From: Candidatus Latescibacterota bacterium
Lineage (GTDB): Bacteria > Latescibacterota > UBA2968 > UBA8231
Assembly: GCA_965243025.1 (NCBI GenBank)
Contig: CBDETY010000003.1
Location: 3,712,001-3,776,000, forward strand
DNA length: 64,000 nucleotides
Reading direction: 5' to 3'
Shown here: piece after piece, positions 57,086 to 64,000 of the stretch
Numbering within the stretch: position 1 is the stretch's first letter
Layout: the number at the start of each line of letters is the position of its first letter
The notes under the pieces: model-generated
What the model was told of the DNA's origin: nothing
Database searches by the model: none
What the model saw: only the letters and a program-made list of their open reading frames with translations
Position numbers and translations under genes: made by a program

Positions 57086-58012
57086 ATGAGCGACAGCTAC
57101 GAATTCAAGATGGGGATGTACCTCGGCGAGCTGCAGCAGCCGTTCGAGGAATCGCTGGACACGGCGCGCGACCTCGGGGCCCGCTACGTCTGGTGCGGCA
57201 CCCACTCCCAAAACCGCAGCATCTACGAGCTGCCCGACGACGAGATCGACAAGGCCGCCGGGCAGGTCGCGGCGCGCGGCCTCGAGTTCTTCCTGCTCGA
57301 CGGGGCGGGGCTGTTCAAGACCGTGCACCTCGCCGAGCTCGAGCCCGGAAAGATGCTGGAGCACGATCAGTTCAAGGAGCATTTCGACAAGCTGCAGCGG
57401 GCCATGGAGGTCTCGGCCCGCCTGGGGATTTCCGCGGTCGGCTGCAGCAGCTTCGCCTGGCCGGCGGAGTACACCGGCGGCAAGCCGACCTGGCCGATGC
57501 GCTGGGCGACCCGCGGCGGCATCATCTCCGACGGGGACATGGCCAAGCTCGTCGAGGCCTACTCGATGTTCGCCGACCTCGCAGAGAAGCACGACGTCGA
57601 CGTCGCCTTCCTCATGATGCAGTGGAACTACGGCAACACCAGCCGCAACTTCCGCCGCATCGTCGAGGCGGTGGGTTCCAGGCGCTTCAAGGTGCTGTGG
57701 TGTCCGGCCGACAACTTCAACTGCGGCGAAGTCGACAACGCCACCGCCGGGTTCGAGAACCTGCGCCCCTACCTGCACGGCGTGCACGCCAAGGACCTGC
57801 GCACCATCGACGGCTCCAAGCTCGAGTTCGATTACACCCCGATCGGCGAGGGGGACGTCGACTACCCGACGATCCTGCGCAACCTGCGGGACAACCGCTG
57901 CGACGCCGTCCTGTCGATCGCCACCCACTTCCTGCCGGCGAGCGGGTCGCGGCTCGAGGCGATGCAGACCAACTACGCCAACATCCGCCGACTCATCGGC
58001 GAGTTGCCTTAG
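57086..58012 (+). CDS. Sugar phosphate isomerase/epimerase (xylose isomerase-like TIM barrel)
   Basis: ATG 57086. 'EESLDTARDLG', 'GVHAKD', 'PIGEGDVDYPTILRNL', 'LSIATH'. Confidence 0.82.
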   Translation: MSDSYEFKMGMYLGELQQPFEESLDTARDLGARYVWCGTHSQNRSIYELPDDEIDKAAGQVAARGLEFFLLDGAGLFKTVHLAELEPGKMLEHDQFKEHFDKLQRAMEVSARLGISAVGCSSFAWPAEYTGGKPTWPMRWATRGGIISDGDMAKLVEAYSMFADLAEKHDVDVAFLMMQWNYGNTSRNFRRIVEAVGSRRFKVLWCPADNFNCGEVDNATAGFENLRPYLHGVHAKDLRTIDGSKLEFDYTPIGEGDVDYPTILRNLRDNRCDAVLSIATHFLPASGSRLEAMQTNYANIRRLIGELP

Positions 58013-58144
58013 GCCGCCGTTTCAATCGGAAAGAATTCAGAGCGGGCGCCTGGTGTCGCGTCCCACGGATAACCTGGGAATTTCAGTCGCTGAGGCGGGG
58101 AGGGATCGGCGCCGGGATTTGCAAGGGATTCCCGGGACGCGGCC

Positions 58145-58573
58145 CTATTCCAACGGATGGCGCCAGCGCAGGCCGGGAAACCGGCTGAAGTCGCGGTCGG
58201 TGGTGATCCACTCGCTGCCCGACTCGATGGCCAGGGCGGCAAGGTAGGCATCCTGGACCAGGTTCCCCTTGCACTGCACCCGATTACACAACCCGGTGAA
58301 AATCTCCCAGTGGCGTGCCCCCGGGGCGATGACTACGCGGTTGGGACGGTTGCGCAGCTGACCGGTGAAAGTCAGCGCCGCGTCCAGCGGAGTGGGCGGG
58401 TGGAAGATGCGGCTGTGAGTGGAAATCCGGAGAAAGCTGGACAGCACGAGATCGCTCAGGCCGAAGGCCTGGGGGCCGTGGATCAATTCCTCCAGCCAGT
58501 CCCGGCAGGCCAGGTGGTCGGGGATTTCTTCCCGGTGAGCGTAGAGAAGGACATTGACGTCAGGAAGGACCAC
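58145..58573 (-). CDS. vapC: PIN-domain toxin VapC (actinobacterial-like)
   Basis: 'LPDVNVLLYAH', 'FLRIST', 'GNLVQDAYLAALAIE', 'TTDRDFSRFPGL'. Confidence 0.93.
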   Translation of the reverse strand: MVLPDVNVLLYAHREEIPDHLACRDWLEELIHGPQAFGLSDLVLSSFLRISTHSRIFHPPTPLDAALTFTGQLRNRPNRVVIAPGARHWEIFTGLCNRVQCKGNLVQDAYLAALAIESGSEWITTDRDFSRFPGLRWRHPLE

Positions 58574-58811
58574 TGTCCCTCTCCATCAGGTCGAGCAGGG
58601 ATGAGGTATCGTCCAGATCCACACCCGACTGCACCCCCCGGCCCTTGAAAGTCTTCAAACGGACCCGGCCTTCAGAGCCAGCGGTATCCTTCCGCGCCAG
58701 GGTTTCGCGCAACGCGTCCTCGATCACCGCCTTGAGTGTGCGGCCCGTCCTTGCAGCGTGCTGCTTGGCCTCCGACAGCAACTGGTCGTCAAGCTGTATG
58801 GTAGTTCTCAT
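58560..58811 (-). CDS. vapB: VapB antitoxin (RHH)
   Basis: 'MRTTIQLDDQLLSEAKQHAARTGRTLKAVIEDALRE'. Overlaps the vapC start. Confidence 0.9.
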   Translation of the reverse strand: MRTTIQLDDQLLSEAKQHAARTGRTLKAVIEDALRETLARKDTAGSEGRVRLKTFKGRGVQSGVDLDDTSSLLDLMERDSGPS

Positions 58812-58846
58812 GCATAAAACCATACACTATATGCATAAATATGCAA
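58810..58846 (-). promoter_or_regulatory. Leaderless-type promoter with ATGCAT operator repeats for vapBC
   Basis: Minus strand: TTGCAT (58846-58841), 16 bp, TATGGT (58824-58819), 7 bp, ATG. ATGCATAAA at 58810 and 58831. IR TGCATA-AA-TATGCA at 58832-58845. Confidence 0.65.
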
Positions 58847-58888
58847 CCCTTCAGATTCCGGAGGAATGGACCTCAGCCAGTTGACTGT

Positions 58889-60001
58889 TCACCGCTCTTT
58901 AAGAGCCACCCACTCTCTCCCCTTGCGCCCGACGTACTCCGACTGCGGCCGGTAGATCCGGTCGACCTCCTCCTGCTCCCGGCAGTGGGCTATCCAGCCG
59001 GCCATGCGCGTCGTGGCAAAGGTGCAACTGAACAACCCGGGCGGAATGCCCAGTTCATGCAGCAGGACCGCCGTGTAGAACTCGGCGTTGGCGAACAGGC
59101 GCCGGCCCGGCTTGTACTCCTCCAGCAGGCGCACCGCCTCTGATTCCACCAGCCTGGCCAGGTCGAGCAGGCCTGTGTCGCCTTTGGCGACGCACAGCTT
59201 TTCAGCGGCCTGCGCGAGAACGGCCGCCCGTGGATCCCGCACCTTGTACTCGCGGTGGCCGAAGCCCATCAGGCGTTCGCCGCGCTCGAGGACGTTGCGG
59301 ATGAAGGGCTCGGCCCCCCCGGGAACGCCGATTTCCCGCAGCATGGCCAGGGCCGGCTCCGGGGCGCCGCCGTGCAGCGGGCCTTTCAACGCGCCAAGGG
59401 CGCCGACGACCGCGGACTTCAGGTCGGAACGGGTCGAAGTGATGACGCGGGCAGTGAAGGTCGACGCGTTCATGCCGTGGTCGACCATCGTGTTGAAGTA
59501 GGTGTCCAGCGCCCGCGCCATGGTCTCTTCCGGCCTGCGGCCCGACAGCATGTAGAGGAAGTTCCCGGCGAGACGAAGCCCGGGATCCGGGTGAATCACC
59601 GGCTTCCCGGCCAGTGACCGCCAAGCGGCGGCGACGACGACAGGGGCGACCCCCAGGAGCGCGGCATCCGGCTCCTTTCCCTCGAGGCAGAGCGAATCGA
59701 GGGCGAGCCGCAGAACATCGATGGGCTGCTGCCCGGCTCCGACGGCGGCCTCGACCAGGGACCGGGTCTGCCCGGAGAGGGAGCAGCTCGACAGCCGTTC
59801 CCGGAATTCCTCCAGCTGGCCGCAGTCCGGAAGCTCCCCTTTCCACAGCAGGTGGACGGTTTCCTCGAAGTGTGCGGAGGGGGCCAGCTCCTCGAGAGGG
59901 AATCCCCCCAGCCACAGACTGCCCGTCTCCCCGTCGATCCCGCTCAACCCCGTGCGGGCGGCGACTACACCTTCCAGCCCGCCTCTGGTCGCGTCGGCCA
60001 T
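58889..60001 (-). CDS. Citrate/2-methylcitrate synthase family protein
   Basis: 'GLEGVVAA', 'DHGMNASTF', 'LKGPLHGGA', 'MGFGHREYKVRDPRA', 'ANAEFY'. Confidence 0.92.
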   Translation of the reverse strand: MADATRGGLEGVVAARTGLSGIDGETGSLWLGGFPLEELAPSAHFEETVHLLWKGELPDCGQLEEFRERLSSCSLSGQTRSLVEAAVGAGQQPIDVLRLALDSLCLEGKEPDAALLGVAPVVVAAAWRSLAGKPVIHPDPGLRLAGNFLYMLSGRRPEETMARALDTYFNTMVDHGMNASTFTARVITSTRSDLKSAVVGALGALKGPLHGGAPEPALAMLREIGVPGGAEPFIRNVLERGERLMGFGHREYKVRDPRAAVLAQAAEKLCVAKGDTGLLDLARLVESEAVRLLEEYKPGRRLFANAEFYTAVLLHELGIPPGLFSCTFATTRMAGWIAHCREQEEVDRIYRPQSEYVGRKGREWVALKER

Positions 60002-60052
60002 GAATCATCTCCCGTTTGGAGTGGTTTTATTGACGATTGTACCGCGGCCTCT

Positions 60053-60085
60053 TAGATTGTCAATATTGATTCAATAATCAATCTA
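60053..60085. promoter_or_regulatory. AT-rich nested palindromes between the divergent citrate-synthase-family genes
   Basis: TAGATTG (60053-60059) / CAATCTA (60079-60085), TCAATATTGA (60060-60069), ATTGATT-caat-AATCAAT (60065-60082). Confidence 0.65.
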
Positions 60086-60090
60086 TAAGG

Positions 60091-61323
60091 ATGATTTCTT
60101 CCCGTTTTCTATCGTCCAGGGAGGCCTGCGCCGAGCTGGGAATCAGGCCGCAGACCCTCTACTCCTACGTGAGCCGCGGCCTGATCCGGTCGGAAACGGG
60201 GGATCGGCGGCAGCGCACCCGCCAGTACTACCGCGAGGACATCGAGCGGCTCCGCCGCAACAAGGAGCTTCGGGCGCGCCCCGAAGCAGCCGCGGAGCAG
60301 GCCCTGCGGGCAGGGGACCCGATTCTCGAGTCCGCTCTAAGCCGGATCGACGACGACGATCTCTACTATCGGGGGATCAGCGTCGGGGAGCTGGCGCGCG
60401 AGAGCACCGTAGAGGAAGTCGCGTCGCTGCTCTGGACCGGAGATCGATCATTCCAGGTCGAGGGATTCTCGGGCGAAGCCCGGATCGAGGGTGTCGGGCC
60501 TGGTCTCGCCGCGGAGCTTTCGCCCCTGTCCAAAGTCGAGCGCATGCAGGTCCTGCTCTCCACGACAGGAGCGGCCGATCCCGCGGCCCTGGCCACGGCG
60601 CCGCCGCAGGTCCACCGGTGCGGCGCCCGCATCCTCCGGCTCGTGACCCTGGTTGCCGCCGACCGGGACAGGACAGCGGCCGGCGCCGCCCGGACGCTGC
60701 AGAAGGCCTGGCTGCCCGCACGGCCTGAAACCGCGCCGCTGATCGATGCGGCCCTGATTCTGTGCGCCGATCACGAGCTCAACGTCTCGACCTTCACCTG
60801 CCGGACCGTGGCCTCGAGCGGGGCGAGCCTGTGGGCGGTGGTCACCGCCGGCCTCAGCGCCCTGCAGGGACCTCGCCACGGCGGGGCGACCGGCCGGCTC
60901 GAGGCACTGTGGGGTGAAGCGGCGGCGAACGGCGTGGGAGACACGATTGCCGGCAGACTCAAGAGGGGGGATTCGATCGAAGGCTTCGGGCACGTGGTCT
61001 ATCGCGGCGTCGACCCCCGTGCGAAGATCCTCATGGAGCTGCTGGAGGAGGCGGTTCCCGATGCCCCGGAACTTGCGATGGCGGAGGAGTTGATCGAGGA
61101 AGTCGGGAAACGAACCGGGTTTTCCCACAACGTCGATCTGGGGCTGGTGGCTTTGCGCCGGGCCCTGGGATTGGAGAAAGGGGCCGCCCTGCTGCTTTTC
61201 TGCCTCGGCCGCATCACCGGCTGGATCGCCCACGCCATCGAGCAGTATCAGAGCGGACGCCTCATACGGCCGCGGGCCAGGTACACGGGACCGGAACCGC
61301 GGGCTCAGCCAGGCAAAGTTTGA
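60091..61323 (+). CDS. HTH (excisionase/MerR-like) - citrate synthase family fusion protein
   Basis: N-terminal 'LSSREACAELGIRPQTLYSYVSRGLI'. CS motifs 'DHELNVSTF', 'GPRHGGA', 'GFGHVVY..DPRA', 'NVDLG', 'LIRPRARY'. Confidence 0.9.
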   Translation: MISSRFLSSREACAELGIRPQTLYSYVSRGLIRSETGDRRQRTRQYYREDIERLRRNKELRARPEAAAEQALRAGDPILESALSRIDDDDLYYRGISVGELARESTVEEVASLLWTGDRSFQVEGFSGEARIEGVGPGLAAELSPLSKVERMQVLLSTTGAADPAALATAPPQVHRCGARILRLVTLVAADRDRTAAGAARTLQKAWLPARPETAPLIDAALILCADHELNVSTFTCRTVASSGASLWAVVTAGLSALQGPRHGGATGRLEALWGEAAANGVGDTIAGRLKRGDSIEGFGHVVYRGVDPRAKILMELLEEAVPDAPELAMAEELIEEVGKRTGFSHNVDLGLVALRRALGLEKGAALLLFCLGRITGWIAHAIEQYQSGRLIRPRARYTGPEPRAQPGKV

Positions 61324-61396
61324 AGAGAAGCCCGGATTTTCCGCCTGCCCCGGCAGGTGATCTTCGACCTGTCGATTTCAAACCGAAGGGAACAGA

Positions 61397-61792
61397 ATGT
61401 CCATCGACCAGATGAACCACTACCAGCGCAAGCTTGCTTTCGAAATGGATTCATGGGATCTCTGGGAGGCATTGGGCGGGAACGAACCGATCACCGTCGT
61501 CGACGGCCGTTCCGCCGAGGCTCATGCCCGGGAGCATATTCCAGGCTCGCTCAGCCTGCCCCACAGGGAGATCAACTCCAATTCCACCCGGTCCCTCGAC
61601 AAGTCCAGGATCCATGTCTGCTACTGCGACGGCATCGGGTGCAACGCCTCGACGAAGACGGCGTTGAAGCTGCTGGCGCTGGGATTTCAGGTGCGCGAGC
61701 TGATCGGGGGGCTCGACTGGTGGAAGCGGGACGGCTACGCCACCTCAGGCGCGGAGGGGCAACCGGGGACCGGGATCGAATGCGGATGCTGA
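61397..61792 (+). CDS. Rhodanese-like domain protein
   Basis: 'VVDGRS...HIPGS', 'YCDGIGCNAST', 'ELIGGLDWW'. Confidence 0.9.
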   Translation: MSIDQMNHYQRKLAFEMDSWDLWEALGGNEPITVVDGRSAEAHAREHIPGSLSLPHREINSNSTRSLDKSRIHVCYCDGIGCNASTKTALKLLALGFQVRELIGGLDWWKRDGYATSGAEGQPGTGIECGC

Positions 61793-61799
61793 ACCAGGG

Positions 61800-62216
61800 T
61801 TAACGGCGGCCACCCGATTCGCGGCGACCCCTCGGGGATCGGTTCCGGTCTTCAAGGCCGGCGATTTCCTCCAGCCGCGAAAGACGCTGCTCCAGGTTGT
61901 CGAAGAAAGAATCGGAATCGTGCGTGAACAGCCGGAAATAGGGCGGCCGGCGGCCCTGGATCCGGTGATGGCGCTCCAGGGACCTGAGGCTCATTTCCAG
62001 AGTTCGGAGGGCTCGATGCATTTCATAGGGGAGCCGTCTCAGACGGGCTGCCCGAAAGCCCCGCTGGCCGGTGTGCTCGTACAGCTTCTGCAGCCGGTCT
62101 GCCAGGGCTTCCAGACGCTCCTGCTCCTCTTCCTCGGTCCTTCCGAGGAACAGAATCACAAAGACAATTACCAACCCGATGACCGATGGGATGAAGATTA
62201 AATGGATCAGTTCCAT
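61800..62216 (-). CDS. Hypothetical single-TM protein
   Basis: AGGAG RBS, N-terminal hydrophobic helix, helical cytoplasmic tail. No family recognised. Confidence 0.55.
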   Translation of the reverse strand: MELIHLIFIPSVIGLVIVFVILFLGRTEEEEQERLEALADRLQKLYEHTGQRGFRAARLRRLPYEMHRALRTLEMSLRSLERHHRIQGRRPPYFRLFTHDSDSFFDNLEQRLSRLEEIAGLEDRNRSPRGRRESGGRR

Positions 62217-62278
62217 TATGGGCTCCTGGGAGAGAAGATACCTGATTCACCAATCGGAGGTTTGTCGACGCCATCCCC

Positions 62279-64000
62279 TCACTCCACCGGGATGACGAAA
62301 CAGGGGGTCCGGGTGCGCCAGTCCGGCCAGCGGGTCGCCCCACCGTCCTCGAAGAACAGCTCGAAGAAAAGCATCAGGTCCCAGGCCGGATCGATGGCCT
62401 CGCCGGGAACCACCGCTTGAAACCCACCTCCTTCGCAACGCATGTCCACCTGCCCGAAGTCCAGAGCCTGATGGGTGATCCGGTAATGGCAGCGGACTCC
62501 CCTCGGCCTGGGTGATTCGCACCGGATCTGAAGCACGAGGTCCTGCCCCGGAGCGGCGCGGTCCGGAGGATCGAAACTCACCTCCGGCGGATCGGGATGG
62601 GCTCCTCCCCCGGGAAACGGGCCGGGGCCGGCGGTCGGGATCTCCTGCTGTTCCGCGATGAGCGCCTCGACCGCCCCGAGGTCCCGCTCGATCACCGACA
62701 GGTCATCCTTCCAGTGGCCGGCGTGGCCTTTCTCCCGGAACCCGAAGACGAGATCGCCGCCGTAGGCCGTCTCGGCCGCTGAAGACATGGCCCTCCAGTG
62801 GCCACGCGCCTCCTCCAGGAGCTGCCGGACCGCCGGCAGCCGGCAGGCCTCCCCGGATCGGCGGAAAAAGGCGAGGTGGGCGGCTGCCAGCAGGCGGCAG
62901 GCATGGTACTCGGCCAGATGCGTGAGCAGGGTGAAGTCGAGGAGGGTGTGGCGCAGCTCCGCCTCGGCCGGCTCCCGGTCCAGATCCGCCAGCAGGCAGC
63001 GCACCCGGTCCGCCAGCCGGCGCAGGTGATGGGCGACGTGGGGGGGCGTCCATTTGCCGCACAGCCGATCCGCCAGGGCGTCTTCCACGTACTCGTCGAT
63101 GCCGTAGAACCGGGTCGGGTCGCTGGGTTCGACCTGCGCGTCCTCCTCGAGACTGCGGCCGGCGAAGCGCTCGGGCCAGAAGGTCCAGAGGCTGGCCGAG
63201 TGCTGCAGCACGACGGTGAGCAGGGGCAGTATCCGGCCGCCGGTGCGGTAGAGCTCCTCCACGGAACCTGCCGCTCCTCCGAAGCGCTGGCGCAACTCCC
63301 GCCGCCAGACCTCGGGGGAAGCATCCGGGTCGTAGCCGAGGCGGCCGAACAGCAGGCAGAACATCCAGTGGCGTCCGTGCTCCGCCGCGGGGGACCGGAA
63401 GGCGGGATCGGCGCTGACCGGCCAGGGCGGCCGGTCGTCGCGAACCCCCTTGTTCGTCAGGGGCGCCATCACCTCGAAGCCGTCGCCGCCGTAAGTGCAG
63501 GAGCCGGCGAACCGCCGCACCCACTCCGGATCCGCCCACAGCAGCAGGCGCTGGCTTCCCGCGCTCCAGAGGCGGTGGATCAGCGCAAAGGGACGCGGCT
63601 TGCGCAGCAGGTCCCAGGTGCCGTAGCGGCGGAAATGCTTCCGGTCGAACTGCTGGATGGCCGGCATCGGGTAGGGCATGCCGAGATGCTCGCACCAGTG
63701 CTTGGTGGAGACCACCGTGTCCGGGACGAGCTCCCGTGCCAGGCGGATGGTGTCGTCGGTGAGCCCCTTGGCGCGCAGGTCCAGGCGGACGGGCCGGCCG
63801 CATCCGGCAACGGCGCGGAACTGCGGCTCGTAGTACCCGGCCTGGCGGTCCTCGGAAACACCGGACTCGTAGTTCATGCGGAACTGGACCCCGTCGATCT
63901 GCGGGCAGCTTTCGAGCAGGCACGCCAGCCCGGCGGCGTTGTACGGCCCCAGGATCTCCGGGGTGAGGCCCTCGACCAGGGACTCCCCGTATTCCCAGGC
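62279..64000 (-). CDS. Hypothetical glycoside-hydrolase-like TIM-barrel protein, 5'-truncated by window edge
   Basis: Frame stays open from 64000 ('...IDGVQFRMNYESG'). 'STKHWCEHLGMPY', 'RLLLWADP', 'FGRLGYDP', C-terminal Ig-like segment. Confidence 0.65.
   Translation of the reverse strand, partial: AWEYGESLVEGLTPEILGPYNAAGLACLLESCPQIDGVQFRMNYESGVSEDRQAGYYEPQFRAVAGCGRPVRLDLRAKGLTDDTIRLARELVPDTVVSTKHWCEHLGMPYPMPAIQQFDRKHFRRYGTWDLLRKPRPFALIHRLWSAGSQRLLLWADPEWVRRFAGSCTYGGDGFEVMAPLTNKGVRDDRPPWPVSADPAFRSPAAEHGRHWMFCLLFGRLGYDPDASPEVWRRELRQRFGGAAGSVEELYRTGGRILPLLTVVLQHSASLWTFWPERFAGRSLEEDAQVEPSDPTRFYGIDEYVEDALADRLCGKWTPPHVAHHLRRLADRVRCLLADLDREPAEAELRHTLLDFTLLTHLAEYHACRLLAAAHLAFFRRSGEACRLPAVRQLLEEARGHWRAMSSAAETAYGGDLVFGFREKGHAGHWKDDLSVIERDLGAVEALIAEQQEIPTAGPGPFPGGGAHPDPPEVSFDPPDRAAPGQDLVLQIRCESPRPRGVRCHYRITHQALDFGQVDMRCEGGGFQAVVPGEAIDPAWDLMLFFELFFEDGGATRWPDWRTRTPCFVIPVE

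Noticed and set aside
56162-58012. Apparent PhyH-TIM barrel fusion (616 aa)
   Set aside because: Explained by an indel near 56957. The PhyH C-terminus ends at TAG 57080 in another frame and the second gene has its own ATG at 57086.

Overview
High-GC, gene-dense bacterial chromosomal window with about 47 protein-coding genes. I saw no rRNA, tRNA or CRISPR array. The gene repertoire (many CRTAC1/ASPIC-UnbV FG-GAP proteins, TPR proteins, DUF6785/6784-type membrane proteins, several PhyH-type dioxygenases, FlgD-Ig C-termini, a 'TTWGxLK' C-terminal tail) resembles Latescibacterota/Poribacteria-like marine or sponge-associated bacteria; this is inference only. 1-17 kb is an envelope cluster (3 CRTAC1, 2 TPR, 2 DUF6785, a membrane/spermidine-synthase-like fusion, a pentapeptide-repeat ion-channel protein). 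17-32 kb and 43-58 kb hold catabolic or tailoring enzymes. The window also has three toxin-antitoxin-like pairs with visible operators, a 166-bp IS630-like MITE, an orphan msrP, selO, and a divergent citrate synthase / HTH-citrate synthase pair. Three genes carry small-indel frameshifts that look like long-read consensus errors. Best leads: a PhyH-fold enzyme with the halogenase-type H-x-G iron motif, a cytochrome-c-fused copper type II monooxygenase lipoprotein, a signal-peptide pentapeptide channel / FG-GAP lipoprotein / DUF6785 operon, and an uncharacterised nucleotidyltransferase-HTH module behind a perfect 24-bp palindrome. All family calls come from recognising motifs by eye, not from database searches.
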